Shown piece after piece: positions 54,706 to 64,000 of a stretch of DNA of 64,000 nt. Location of the stretch: the IMG/VR virus record IMGVR_UViG_3300041955_001975, positions 26,738 to 90,737 of that record. One strand, 5' to 3'. The notes beneath the pieces were generated by a model that saw only the letters and a program-made list of their open reading frames with translations, was not told the DNA's origin and searched no databases. How positions within the stretch are numbered: position 1 is the first letter of the stretch; every line of letters starts with the position of its first letter. Made by a program: the position numbers and the translations under genes. This DNA comes from a virus. Lineage: Duplodnaviria > Heunggongvirae > Uroviricota > Caudoviricetes.

Positions 54706-55275
54706 TTAGCACACGCGGCTCAGACGCACGGCGTCACCATCCCGCAGGAACGGTCGCAGCAGGTTCCACGCAACGGCGTTGGGCACCATGTTCAGTAAAT
54801 GTTCGATCGGCACCTGGCCGCGCTCGTAATGCGTCCGCACCTCACCGTAGCCGTGGGCCGTGACCTCAAGATTCTCCAATTCCATCTCCGGGTCTTTGCC
54901 GTCCAGCAGGCTGTAGGCAATCTCGTAGCAGGCCCGGAGAATCGCGGCCGGCACGTCGGTGTCAGAGCCACGCGGAAACTCCAGCGGCTGTTGCTCTTCA
55001 GCGGCCCGAATCTGTGCCTTTCGCTGCTCGCAAAGGATCGTTGACTCGAAGGTGTCGCCTGGGGTGGCCCACAGCGGTGTTAGCGACTGTTTCAAGAGCC
55101 AGACCGTGTGCCGGTCTCCCTTGAAATTCAGGTTGTCGATGATCTGTGTGGCAGCATAGAGGGCCTTGGGCTTGTCGGCCGGCTCGGCCTCCCGCCATGC
55201 GTACTCATGGAGTCGCATGGCGAAATAGGACTCCGCCTCATCGACCGAGCCGTAGTAGGTGAAGTCCAAGGCCAT
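54706..55275 (-). CDS. hypothetical head-module protein
   Basis: 189 aa between the glycosyltransferase and scaffold genes. Confidence 0.3.
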   Translation of the reverse strand: MALDFTYYGSVDEAESYFAMRLHEYAWREAEPADKPKALYAATQIIDNLNFKGDRHTVWLLKQSLTPLWATPGDTFESTILCEQRKAQIRAAEEQQPLEFPRGSDTDVPAAILRACYEIAYSLLDGKDPEMELENLEVTAHGYGEVRTHYERGQVPIEHLLNMVPNAVAWNLLRPFLRDGDAVRLSRVC

Positions 55276-56438
55276 TACCGCCTCCGTAACCAGTCAAGGT
55301 CTTTTCGGTTATCGTGGGCGGCGTACCAGCCATCGCCCCACAGGTCGGTGAGCATCTCGAAGTATTCCTGATAGGTGTGCCGCAGTCGGTCCATCGAATA
55401 GTTGGCCACGGCCCGCTCGTGGATGTACAGCGGGTCGAGTTCGCAAGCGTGCTGAGCGGCCCAAGCGAACTGGTCGAGCGTGCGGCAGCGGTATCCCGTG
55501 CGGCCATGCTCCACCGTTTCGGGAAAGGCTCCCCAGTCGGTGGTGATCGCCGGCGTGCCGGCCATCTGCGATTCGATGGCCACCGCGCCGAAGGGTTCGA
55601 TGTAAGTCGTGGGCACGAAGGTAGCGATGGCGTTCTGGTACAGCCTCGCCCGCTTCTCGCCGGTGGCAAAGCCCATGTACTCCAGGTTGTCGCCCTCGTA
55701 GACCTCGCCATCGGCACAGTGGATGCGGTTGCCTTCCACCCTGACGCAGCCCTGGCCCGCGATCTTTAGCTTGGCTCCGAGGCGTTTACACGTCTCGACG
55801 GCGACGTGGATTCCCTTCCGCTTCACCAGCCGGCCGAGGTAGAGGTAGTAGTCTCCCTTCACGGTTTGCAGCGGGTAGTCGTCTGGGTTGAGGTAGTTGG
55901 GAACCACGGCGTCGTAGAAATGCCCGTCCGGGTCGAAGCCGCCCTCGGCACCCCAAATCTTGTGCATGTGGGCGTAGGACTCGTAGACCCGGTAGCGCCC
56001 CGGCTTTCGCGGCAACAGTCCGTTGTAGCCCGCCCCGTACTCGACGACCATCATGTTGCTTTCCACCATCGCCACCAGCGGCAGGCTCAGCGAGCCGGTG
56101 ATGATGCAGAGGAAATCCCCCTGTCGCTTCCGTTGATTGATCTCGGCAGTGGCGCGACTATGGAACAACCGCCAGTAGGGCGCTCGCCCGGTCCAATCGA
56201 CCTCATAAAGGGCATGGGGGTCGTAGGGGCCGAAGAAGCCTTCCTGCTCCTTGCGAGACAAAACAGGCACGTCCTCGCACCACTGGCGAATGTCGCTTCC
56301 TTCGACGCCATAGTGGATGCACTCGTGGCCCAGGGACGCCATCATTTGGATCAGATGGCGGGCCTTCATGCTAAACGCGCAGGCGCTGTGTTCCATACCC
56401 AAGGTTGTATGCGGAAGCCCTACCACGTGGAATCGCAT
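55275..56438 (-). CDS. glycosyltransferase family 4 (GT-B, group 1)
   Basis: Group-1 signature YLGRLVKRKGIHVAV and the E-x7-E region EPFGAVAIESQMAGTPAITTDWGAFPETVEHGRTGY. Confidence 0.7.
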   Translation of the reverse strand: MRFHVVGLPHTTLGMEHSACAFSMKARHLIQMMASLGHECIHYGVEGSDIRQWCEDVPVLSRKEQEGFFGPYDPHALYEVDWTGRAPYWRLFHSRATAEINQRKRQGDFLCIITGSLSLPLVAMVESNMMVVEYGAGYNGLLPRKPGRYRVYESYAHMHKIWGAEGGFDPDGHFYDAVVPNYLNPDDYPLQTVKGDYYLYLGRLVKRKGIHVAVETCKRLGAKLKIAGQGCVRVEGNRIHCADGEVYEGDNLEYMGFATGEKRARLYQNAIATFVPTTYIEPFGAVAIESQMAGTPAITTDWGAFPETVEHGRTGYRCRTLDQFAWAAQHACELDPLYIHERAVANYSMDRLRHTYQEYFEMLTDLWGDGWYAAHDNRKDLDWLRRR

Positions 56439-56499
56439 CAGTTTTCCTTTGATTGCAGAGTGAAAATGCAGACAAAGTGCTCAACGCGCCGGGCCGCGT

Positions 56500-58653
56500 C
56501 TAGTCCAAGACTGGAGGACCGAGGAGAATCATCAAGGTGGTCGAAGTCAGGGCGATGCCTACCGGCGCAGTGTAGTCCGATGCACTTGGCGGCCCAATAA
56601 GTAGCTCTCCTGAGACTGTGTCCACGTAGTACCAAGCGCCGGGCGTCAATGAAGCACCGTTAGAAGTGACCGCTTCCCATTGCGCCGCAGTCAAGGTCAA
56701 CTGCCCCCACACTGCCACACTGCCGGTCGCATTATTGGCACAGGTTGCCGTCATCAGGCCGACAGGGAAGTTGTTCTTTTCGAGACTGCTACTGGCTACG
56801 GCCGCAAAGAGACCCGTGCCTATCTCGTAGTACACCACCTGGCCTATCGTCAAACTGCCGCCGCTGCCATTGAGAAGACTGACTGTTACCAAAGTCGGTC
56901 CAGACACCCCGGTTGCTCCGGTAGCCCCGGTGGTTCCAACCCCAGTCGGGCCCGTAGGCCCCGTGGCTCCAACTGCACCGCCGCTGCCTGCCGGGCCGCT
57001 CGGACCACTCGGTCCACTGGGTCCGGTGTTGCCTGTCGTACCTGTTGCACCTGTCACTCCCGTATTGCCCGTTGTGCCTGTTGCACCTGTCGTGCCCTTA
57101 GCCCCGCTCGGACCGCTGGGTCCACTCGGGCCCGTCGCGCCTGTGGCTCCGGTGACGCCGACACCTGTCGGGCCAGTCGCGCCCACATCGCCGTCGCTGC
57201 CTGCGGGACCGCTTGGGCCGCTGGGTCCACTCGGGCCTGTCGCGCCTGTAGCTCCGGTGACGCCGACACCGGTCGGGCCAGTCGCGCCCACACCGCCGTC
57301 GCTGCCTGCGGGACCGCTCGGGCCGCTGGCTCCACTCGGGCCCGTCGCGCCTGTAGCTCCGGTGACGCCGACACCGGTCGGGCCCGTCGCGCCCACACCG
57401 CCGTCGCTGCCTGCGGGACCGCTCGGGCCGCTGGCTCCACTCGGGCCCGTCGCGCCTGTGGCTCCGGTGACGCCGACACCTGTCGGGCCAGTCGCGCCCA
57501 CACCGCCGTCGCTGCCTGCGGGACCGCTCGGGCCGCTGGCTCCACTCGGGCCCGTCGCGCCTGTGGCTCCGGTGACGCCGACACCTGTCGGGCCAGTCGC
57601 GCCCACACCGCCGTCGCTGCCTGCGGGACCGCTCGGGCCGCTGGGTCCGCTCGGACCCGTTGCGCCTGTAGCTCCGGTGACACCGACGCCGGTCGGGCCA
57701 GTCGCGCCCACAACGCCGTCACTGCCTGCGGGACCGCTCGGGCCACTGGGTCCGCTCGGACCCGTTGCGCCTGTAGCTCCGGTGACACCGACACCAGTCG
57801 GGCCGGTCGCACCCACACCGCCATCGCTGCCTGCGGGACCGCTCGGGCCGCTGGGTCCGCTCGGACCCGTTGCGCCTGTAGCTCCGGTGACACCGACACC
57901 AGTCGGGCCGGTCGCGCCCACACCGCCATCGCTGCCTGCGGGACCGCTCGGGCCGCTGGGTCCACTCGGCCCAGTCTCGCCTGTGGCTCCGGTGACGCCA
58001 ACACCAGTCGGGCCGGTCGCGCCCACATCGCCGTCACTGCCTGTGGAACCGCTCGGGCCGCTGGGTCCGCTCGGACCCGTCGCGCCTGTAGCTCCGGTGA
58101 CGCCGACACCTATCGGGCCAGTCGCGCCCACACCGCCGTCGCTGCCTGCGGGACCGCTCGGGCCGCTGGCTCCACTCGGGCCTGTCGCGCCCGTGGCTCC
58201 GGTGACGCCGACACCAGTCGGACCAGTGGCCCCAGTATCGCCCGTGCTGCCCGTGGCTCCACTCGGTCCTGTTGCACCAGTGGGCCCGGTCGAACCCATG
58301 ACCCCTGTGGCCCCGATCCCGGCAACATCACCTGGAATGCCCTGGGGGCCAGTGGGACCCGTCGCGCCTGTAGCTCCGGTGACGCCAGCGCCAGTCGGGC
58401 CGGTAGCACCCGTCGGTCCATAACGACCTAAAGGTCCAATCGGCCCCGTCGCGCCTGTGGGACCTGGCACCCCCGTGGCACCTTGAGTGCCCGTCGCGCC
58501 TACGACCCCTTGTATGCCCGGCGCGCCAGTTGGCCCTGTAGCGCCCGTAACCCCTTGAGGTCCGGTCGCACCGGTAGACCCAGTCGCCGGCCCTGTCGGA
58601 CCAGTGGGGCCTTCTTCACCGGGAGTGCTCATATAGAAATCCATGCTTCGCAC
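56500..58653 (-). CDS. collagen-like triple-helix repeat protein with globular C-terminal domain
   Basis: About 550 aa of Gly-X-Y repeats, including eleven 35-aa units ([35 protein letters not shown]). Non-collagenous C-terminus of about 150 aa. Confidence 0.75.
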   Translation of the reverse strand: MRSMDFYMSTPGEEGPTGPTGPATGSTGATGPQGVTGATGPTGAPGIQGVVGATGTQGATGVPGPTGATGPIGPLGRYGPTGATGPTGAGVTGATGATGPTGPQGIPGDVAGIGATGVMGSTGPTGATGPSGATGSTGDTGATGPTGVGVTGATGATGPSGASGPSGPAGSDGGVGATGPIGVGVTGATGATGPSGPSGPSGSTGSDGDVGATGPTGVGVTGATGETGPSGPSGPSGPAGSDGGVGATGPTGVGVTGATGATGPSGPSGPSGPAGSDGGVGATGPTGVGVTGATGATGPSGPSGPSGPAGSDGVVGATGPTGVGVTGATGATGPSGPSGPSGPAGSDGGVGATGPTGVGVTGATGATGPSGASGPSGPAGSDGGVGATGPTGVGVTGATGATGPSGASGPSGPAGSDGGVGATGPTGVGVTGATGATGPSGASGPSGPAGSDGGVGATGPTGVGVTGATGATGPSGPSGPSGPAGSDGDVGATGPTGVGVTGATGATGPSGPSGPSGAKGTTGATGTTGNTGVTGATGTTGNTGPSGPSGPSGPAGSGGAVGATGPTGPTGVGTTGATGATGVSGPTLVTVSLLNGSGGSLTIGQVVYYEIGTGLFAAVASSSLEKNNFPVGLMTATCANNATGSVAVWGQLTLTAAQWEAVTSNGASLTPGAWYYVDTVSGELLIGPPSASDYTAPVGIALTSTTLMILLGPPVLD
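57080..58230. repeat. 105-bp tandem repeat array (about 11 units) inside the collagen-like gene
   Basis: Unit ...gcccacaccgccgtcgctgcctgcgggaccgctcgggccgctgg... recurs at 105-bp spacing (for example 57286 and 57391). It encodes the 35-aa Gly-X-Y unit. Confidence 0.7.
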
Positions 58654-58668
58654 TCCCGTTCACGGCTA

Positions 58669-59577
58669 TTACTGCGGCGTGAACACCTGCCAAGTCAAGT
58701 TACCTGCACCGTCTGCACTCAAGTAGTAGCACTTATTGGTTCCCACAGGGGCGGTCGGCAAACCGGCACTCGGGCCAGTTGGACCGGTGGCCCCTGTCGC
58801 ACCGGGAGGACCGCCGCTCGGGCCACTCGGGCCAGTCGGACCCGTCGCACCAATCTGGCCTGTCGCGCCGCGTGGACCAGTCGGACCAGTGGCTCCAGTC
58901 AAACCTGTGTCACCGACATCGCCGACATCGCCTTGCGGTCCAGTCGGGCCGTAGGGACCTGTTGGACCCGTCGCGCCAGTGACTCCCGTTGAGCCTGTCG
59001 CGCCTGTGGCTCCCGCACCAGTCGGCCCAGTTGCGCCGTCAGAACCAGCCGGTCCCGTCGCGCCCGTGGCTCCCGTGGCTCCCGCGCCCGTTGGCCCTGT
59101 CGGGCCAGCAGGACCTGTCGGTCCTGTGGCACCATCAGCGCCTGTCAGGCCGCTCGGTCCAGTAGGTCCGCCACTCGGGCCAGTCGCACCGATCGGACCG
59201 CTAGGGCCGGTCGCGCCATCGGGTCCTGTCTCGCCGATCTCACCTTGCGAACCCGAAGGACCAGAGGGACCTTGCGAGCCAGACGGCCCGCTTGGGCCAG
59301 TGGCACCATCAGCCCCAGTTGGACCAGAAGGACCATAGAGACCCTGCGAGCCGGAGGGCCCCGTGGCCCCTGTCTCGCCTTGTGGGCCGCTCGGTCCAGT
59401 CGCGCCAGTGGCTCCCGCGCCGGTCGGGCCCGTGGGGCCGATCGACCCGGTCGGACCAATGCGTCCAGAAGGACCGGAAGGGCCAGTGGCTCCAGTCGCC
59501 CCAACCGGGCCGCCCGATGGGCCGCTCGGGCCAGTCGGGCCTTGAGCCCCCAGAGGTTCGCTGTACGTGATCCCCAT
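58669..59577 (-). CDS. collagen-like Gly-X-Y repeat protein
   Basis: [26 protein letters not shown]... throughout. Short C-terminal domain ...[22 protein letters not shown]. Confidence 0.7.
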   Translation of the reverse strand: MGITYSEPLGAQGPTGPSGPSGGPVGATGATGPSGPSGRIGPTGSIGPTGPTGAGATGATGPSGPQGETGATGPSGSQGLYGPSGPTGADGATGPSGPSGSQGPSGPSGSQGEIGETGPDGATGPSGPIGATGPSGGPTGPSGLTGADGATGPTGPAGPTGPTGAGATGATGATGPAGSDGATGPTGAGATGATGSTGVTGATGPTGPYGPTGPQGDVGDVGDTGLTGATGPTGPRGATGQIGATGPTGPSGPSGGPPGATGATGPTGPSAGLPTAPVGTNKCYYLSADGAGNLTWQVFTPQ

Positions 59578-59579
59578 GA

Positions 59580-59900
59580 CTAAATCCCCAACCAGTTGAG
59601 GTTCTGACCGGGAGTCCCGGAGATGGCATAGATCAGCGACGGATCGTCCACCGGCAGTTCGAGAATGCCGCCGGGAACCAGCGGCATCCCGCCCGTGGCG
59701 CTTGAGTCTGCGGTGACGCTCGCCAACCCGATGTAGATGATGTCCGTGTTGGGCACCGAGTCCGCCGCGCCGGGCGACCGCAGCAGCAGGCCGCGCACCA
59801 GCTCCACCGAGTTCGGCGACACTTGGACCGCAGACGTGCCAACCGTGGTGTTGCCGTACTTCAGGTCGCCAGCCGGCGAAGTCTCTTTGACCTCAAACAT
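59580..59900 (-). CDS. hypothetical head-module protein
   Basis: 106 aa between the portal and collagen-like genes. Confidence 0.3.
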   Translation of the reverse strand: MFEVKETSPAGDLKYGNTTVGTSAVQVSPNSVELVRGLLLRSPGAADSVPNTDIIYIGLASVTADSSATGGMPLVPGGILELPVDDPSLIYAISGTPGQNLNWLGI

Positions 59901-59911
59901 GGTTGCAGTCC

Positions 59912-61840
59912 TTACTCTTGATTGTTCTTACCCTTGCCCCGCACGCGGGGCTGGTGATCGTCGGCCAGCGTCGGGTCCTGACTGATCGTCTTCTCCTCGA
60001 CGGGGGCCGTGTTCGGGTCCGCCGAGAGATCAGGCAGACCACGCGCCGCAGGGTCCGTTCCCGCGACACCGGGCACTGCGCCTCCGGCACCCTTGCCGGC
60101 GACCTTTTGCTGGGCTTGCAGCACGCGGATCGCGCGGGCGGCATGATCCTTCGCGGCCTGGATGTGCTCGTCGTCGTCAAAGCCAAGGGCCATCGAGCCA
60201 ACCTTTTCGCCACAGAGGCCGTTGACAACCGCCTGGATGATCGTGTTGACATCGCTGGTGGTATACGGGCAGGCGTCGATCTCCTCGTAGATGGCTTCCA
60301 GATCAGCCACGCTAACCTTGCCGCCGAGCAACGCCGTCACGACGCACTTGGCCAGCTCGCGCTTGATCTTGCGGCCAGGTACGGCCGTCATCAGCTTGAC
60401 CAGGTTTTGTGCCTCGGTCACGCGATCGGCATCGCTCTTGAGGCTGTACACGTCCGGGTACTTGATCGTAGCGACCTGCCGATTGGCCGGGTTCCGCTCC
60501 TCATAAGCGGCCCAATGCTCCGCGATCTGCCGCTCGGCGTTCTCCAGGACCAGGCCGATGTAGGACAGCCCCGCCTCAAGGCCCTGGTTGTCCACGATCT
60601 TCGACTCGGCCGACTGCCGGCTGGCAAGACTGGCCACGGCCAGGTTGACGAGCTTCCTGATGTCGTCGGCCAACCGATCCTGCAACTCCATCGACGTTCG
60701 CAACGGATCGGACGGCGGTGCAATGAAACTGGGCGCATTCAGGCCCTTATCATAGGACCGGCCGTGGGTCGGGCCGACCTCGATGTCAACGTCAGCGCTC
60801 GGCTGGCCGCCCGTAGTGGCCGTGCCGTCCGTCGCCGCCGGCTTCAAGTGAGCACCGCTGGCCCGGAGGTCGCGCTGTTCGACGTAGAAGGGGAAGTTCG
60901 CCTTGAGGGCGTAGTTCACGTCCGAGCTGCCGAGGTTCAGCAGCGCGATCTGGTGGTTGACGACATCCTTAATCATGCTGTCGCCGATGTCGAGCAGGAT
61001 GAAGGGAATCCGCCGTAGTTCCAACTCGATGACGCCGCCCGGATTGCCGTCGCGGTCCACCGGGTTGCCGTCCGTGTCAAGGAACTGCAAGTTGACGAAC
61101 CCCGTCTCGCGGTTGATCCACAACATGCGGAACCGCTCGACCGTCGTGGTCGGCAAGTAGGTCCGCTGGTCGAAGTTCAACACCACGTCCCGCAACAAGA
61201 TCGCCTGAAACTCAGTGGGCTCCTCGGGCTTCGAGCACGTCCAGCTCAGGATGTCCTCGATAGGATAGAAGTAGACGTAAGGCCGCTGCTCGCGCGATTG
61301 GGCCTCGGCCAGGGTCACTTCCCCGGTCAAGGCCGGCGCATCAACGAAGATGCCCACACGTCCCATGATGAGCAGATCGGTCAGAACCTTGATGCCGAGA
61401 AAGGCATTCATGTTCAGGCCGCGCTTGTCCACACCCAAGTTCAACCCGGCGACAGCTTCCTGGTAGGATGTCGTACCGCCGCGGCGCGTGATGTCACGCA
61501 TCCGCTGGAAAATGGCGTTGCGAACGTCGTTGATCGCCAGCCGAGCAAAGGCCGGAATGGGCGTCATGTTGAGACGTTCATTGAACTCCTGATCGTCCTC
61601 ACGCCGGGAGAACTTGGTCAGGTAGAGCTTGCGAAAGTATTCCCCGCCGTTGTAAGTGATCCGCCACTTGCGCCAGTCGAGAAGACTACTGAGATAAGAC
61701 GGATGCCTTACCTCCACTATGTTAGTGATGTATTCAACTACCAAAGCGGCGGCTCCTTTTGCAGAGGCCCGTGGATAGCGGACAACCGCTTCGAGCCGGG
61801 TAGTCTTCAGGGCACTTGGAAACAGGGCGGCGGCAGGCAA
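59912..61840 (-). CDS. portal protein
   Basis: 642 aa immediately downstream of the terminase region. Size and position are canonical. Confidence 0.55.
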   Translation of the reverse strand: MPAAALFPSALKTTRLEAVVRYPRASAKGAAALVVEYITNIVEVRHPSYLSSLLDWRKWRITYNGGEYFRKLYLTKFSRREDDQEFNERLNMTPIPAFARLAINDVRNAIFQRMRDITRRGGTTSYQEAVAGLNLGVDKRGLNMNAFLGIKVLTDLLIMGRVGIFVDAPALTGEVTLAEAQSREQRPYVYFYPIEDILSWTCSKPEEPTEFQAILLRDVVLNFDQRTYLPTTTVERFRMLWINRETGFVNLQFLDTDGNPVDRDGNPGGVIELELRRIPFILLDIGDSMIKDVVNHQIALLNLGSSDVNYALKANFPFYVEQRDLRASGAHLKPAATDGTATTGGQPSADVDIEVGPTHGRSYDKGLNAPSFIAPPSDPLRTSMELQDRLADDIRKLVNLAVASLASRQSAESKIVDNQGLEAGLSYIGLVLENAERQIAEHWAAYEERNPANRQVATIKYPDVYSLKSDADRVTEAQNLVKLMTAVPGRKIKRELAKCVVTALLGGKVSVADLEAIYEEIDACPYTTSDVNTIIQAVVNGLCGEKVGSMALGFDDDEHIQAAKDHAARAIRVLQAQQKVAGKGAGGAVPGVAGTDPAARGLPDLSADPNTAPVEEKTISQDPTLADDHQPRVRGKGKNNQE

Positions 61841-61843
61841 CGA

Positions 61844-62116
61844 CTAGAAGTCGCAACAGTCGTGGAGCAGCTCGGAAAGACGCCTGTAGGTGTAGCCGTC
61901 GTAGGCCGAGAGGCGGTAGAGCACTTCCTGGAACGCATTCGGGTAGGTGTCCGCTGACGGCGATGCGGGCGGTGACTGCGCGGCCAAGGCGGCCGTGAGC
62001 GCCGTCTCCTCGGCGGCCAGCGCCGAGAGAAGCAGATAGGCAACGTCACCGCCGTTGTCCTGGCTGCTGCTGTCCAAAGCGAGCGTGTTGAGAACCGTCT
62101 GGTAGCACTGGGTCAT
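61844..62116 (-). CDS. hypothetical protein between terminase and portal
   Basis: 90 aa, lambda gpW-like position. Confidence 0.3.
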   Translation of the reverse strand: MTQCYQTVLNTLALDSSSQDNGGDVAYLLLSALAAEETALTAALAAQSPPASPSADTYPNAFQEVLYRLSAYDGYTYRRLSELLHDCCDF

Positions 62117-62144
62117 TTTTCATTCTCCGGTTCCCAAGGAACCC

Positions 62145-63818
62145 TTAGAGGAACTTCTTGATGTCCTGCCCCGTCGTCATCGACGCCGCAAATGGCAGTG
62201 CAATCTCCGCGTAGTTCAGGCTGTGAGCAAAGTGGTCGGGGCCGGTCTCAACAAAAGTGGCTACAGGGTTGCCCGTCTCATCCTTCTCGTAGGTCCGCAC
62301 AAGCGACTTGAGGTGCTCACGGTACTCAAGCGTTATGTCGCGCGGGAGCATGATGCGTGGCGGCTTCGTCTTAAAGCGGCCGAGCGTGCAGCTCAGCCAG
62401 TTGGTGCGGTCCACCGTCGCCATCGGTGCCCCGGTCTCTTCCTCGGTCACGGAAACTTCCTTGGCCGTCTGGCCCCGCCGATAGCGGCACAACCAGACGT
62501 AGCCGTGAAACCTGCGTGCGAAGCGGCGGGCCTCATTGATCTGCGGGTCGGCGTCGATCACGCAGGCCAAGACCTGCCATTCACGCATCAGATCATTGAG
62601 GAAAGCCCAATCGTCTTCGAGAAACTTGCCGAACCAGAGGAGCTTGGACACGGCGGCGACATTGATGTCGCTGCTCATTACGTCAACGAACCACTCGCAC
62701 ACCGAGACGTAATTCCACTTGCCCTGGTCCACTCCCATCGTGATGCAACGGCGACCGCCCGTAGCCGGCCGCGGATCGTTGAGCGTGTGATTCTTGATGG
62801 CCGCATCAATCATCTCGTCGGTGACCTGAGCACCGGTGCCGATGAAGGGCAGACCCAGCTTCGAGTTGTGAAACTCCTTGTTGGCGGCCTCGTCGCCCTG
62901 GCCACGGTGATAGGCAATCACCAGCTCGCCCGGCGACACCGTGCTGCTGTACAACTGGTTGACGTAGAAGCCACGCGATTCCTGGGGATCGACGTTCGTA
63001 GCGGTCGCCACCCACTCCGCGGCGGCCAGCCATTGCGGCTTGGCCTTGTGTTCCAGCGCGTGCTGGCATTCCTTGCACTTGAGGAACGATTCCTTGCATC
63101 GCGGGTCTTGAACCGACTCGCCGATGATCTCAATGCAGTCAGGCCAGGTCAGCTCCGTCAATCGTGAACAATGCGGGCACCTGAAGAAGAAATGTTCCTG
63201 GGTGCTCGACAAGAAGAGTTTGTGGATGCCGTACTTCGGGACGGTCGGCGTCGAGATCGCTATGACGTGCTTCTGGACCTGACCGGACAGGCGTTCCAAA
63301 GCCAGCCAGACGGCCTTCTGCTCCATTTCGTCCAACTCATCCAGCACCAGTTCGGACACCGGGATGGACTTCAAGTTGGAGTCGCCGCGCGAACCGCGGA
63401 TATAGAGCGAATTGATGCCGGTGGATTTCAGGCCGACCGTATTGGTGTCAGTGAAGAGATTCTTGAGGTAAGGGCTGAGATTCAGGGCCCCGGAGAACCT
63501 GGCCTTGGAAAAGTCGCTCGCATTCAAGGTCGTCGGCAGGACGTAGAGCACGTCGCGCTTCAACTGATCGAGCGTGAAGAAGGCACGATTGATTCCGGTT
63601 TCCGTCACGCCCAACTGGGCAGCTTTCATCGCCACCGTGAAAGCCGATTGAGAATCATGGATCGCACGGCACCAGGGGTGATGATAAAAGCTGTAGGGTC
63701 CCTCGAAAGGCGACCCCATCACCCGTCGATGTTCAGCCCACCGAGAACAAGTCTTTACCGTCCTGCTCCGCACGCCTTCCATGAACGTCAGCTTCAGATC
63801 GTCGAGGAGGCTGTTCAT
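62145..63818 (-). CDS. terminase large subunit
   Basis: N-terminal ATPase with Walker-A-like AMKAAQLGVTETG and Walker B LVLDELDEM. Has CxxC pairs and a C-terminal nuclease-sized domain. 557 aa. Confidence 0.7.
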   Translation of the reverse strand: MNSLLDDLKLTFMEGVRSRTVKTCSRWAEHRRVMGSPFEGPYSFYHHPWCRAIHDSQSAFTVAMKAAQLGVTETGINRAFFTLDQLKRDVLYVLPTTLNASDFSKARFSGALNLSPYLKNLFTDTNTVGLKSTGINSLYIRGSRGDSNLKSIPVSELVLDELDEMEQKAVWLALERLSGQVQKHVIAISTPTVPKYGIHKLFLSSTQEHFFFRCPHCSRLTELTWPDCIEIIGESVQDPRCKESFLKCKECQHALEHKAKPQWLAAAEWVATATNVDPQESRGFYVNQLYSSTVSPGELVIAYHRGQGDEAANKEFHNSKLGLPFIGTGAQVTDEMIDAAIKNHTLNDPRPATGGRRCITMGVDQGKWNYVSVCEWFVDVMSSDINVAAVSKLLWFGKFLEDDWAFLNDLMREWQVLACVIDADPQINEARRFARRFHGYVWLCRYRRGQTAKEVSVTEEETGAPMATVDRTNWLSCTLGRFKTKPPRIMLPRDITLEYREHLKSLVRTYEKDETGNPVATFVETGPDHFAHSLNYAEIALPFAASMTTGQDIKKFL

Positions 63819-64000
63819 GGTGTGCTGCTGAATGTAAAAGAGGTTGCATTACAGGCTCGCGGCAGCTCGTGGCTTTAGTGGTGGGCGTTCATCCTGGCAA
63901 CCTCATGTTTCCCGTTGGCTTTGGGCTCTTGCCTTGGAGAGCACAAAGCCAACGGCCCTTGGTCGCCAAAGGGCCAGAGGTTCATTATGTGGGGTCGGTC

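Noticed and set aside
56500-59577. Highly periodic repeats that might be taken for a CRISPR array
   Set aside because: The periodicity is 105 bp with no spacer/repeat alternation. It lies inside an intact ORF encoding Gly-X-Y collagen repeats. No cas genes are present.
1-64000. Integrase, excisionase, CI/Cro-like repressor, toxin-antitoxin or CRISPR-Cas components
   Set aside because: I searched by motif (integrase R..H..R..Y; repressor HTH plus peptidase S24; Cas signatures) and none was recognised. Their absence within this window is noted but cannot be extended to the whole element.

Overview
This window is a densely coded, high-GC (~63%) segment of a tailed dsDNA phage (siphovirus-like) or prophage. 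Phage genes run to both edges, so no host flank is visible. It has three transcriptional blocks. Block 1 (0.2-26.4 kb, minus strand) is a replication, nucleotide-metabolism and anti-restriction module. It contains a P-loop kinase, a radical-SAM enzyme, seven DNA methyltransferase genes of several classes (one frameshifted), an ATP-dependent ligase, a HAD deoxyribonucleotidase, a phage sigma-70-family sigma factor, a VRR-NUC nuclease, a family-A DNA polymerase, two ParB-like proteins, two metallophosphoesterases, a tRNA-Asn(GTT), an SNF2 helicase and a secreted trypsin-like protease. Block 2 (26.5-31.8 kb, plus strand) holds a primase-polymerase/SF3 helicase, a DnaQ-like exonuclease and small Cys-rich proteins. 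Block 3 (31.7-63.8 kb, minus strand) starts with an SPFH/band-7 protein and a tandem array of four small paralogous genes. It then has a tail module: a 1059-aa tail-tip protein, a repeat-rich fibre, three tail-fibre paralogs with a shared N-terminal domain and LamG domains, a 1276-aa tape measure protein, chaperone-like ORFs and a tail tube. A head module follows: major capsid, scaffold, a GT4 glycosyltransferase, two collagen-like proteins (one with eleven 105-bp tandem repeats), portal and large terminase. I found no integrase, CI-like repressor, or canonical endolysin/holin pair. The most notable non-coding feature is a ~33-bp conserved intergenic motif present in six copies, each co-oriented with its downstream gene. 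I read it as a candidate phage-specific promoter, possibly for the encoded sigma factor. Also of note are a 21-bp perfect inverted repeat in the divergent region between the ParB-like and primase genes, a ~100-bp direct repeat flanking a truncated methyltransferase cassette, a tRNA-like 3' fragment next to a 28-bp perfect palindrome, and a 15-aa N-terminal peptide shared by scaffold and capsid. All coordinates I derived by hand, rather than from the ORF track, may be off by 1-2 bp.
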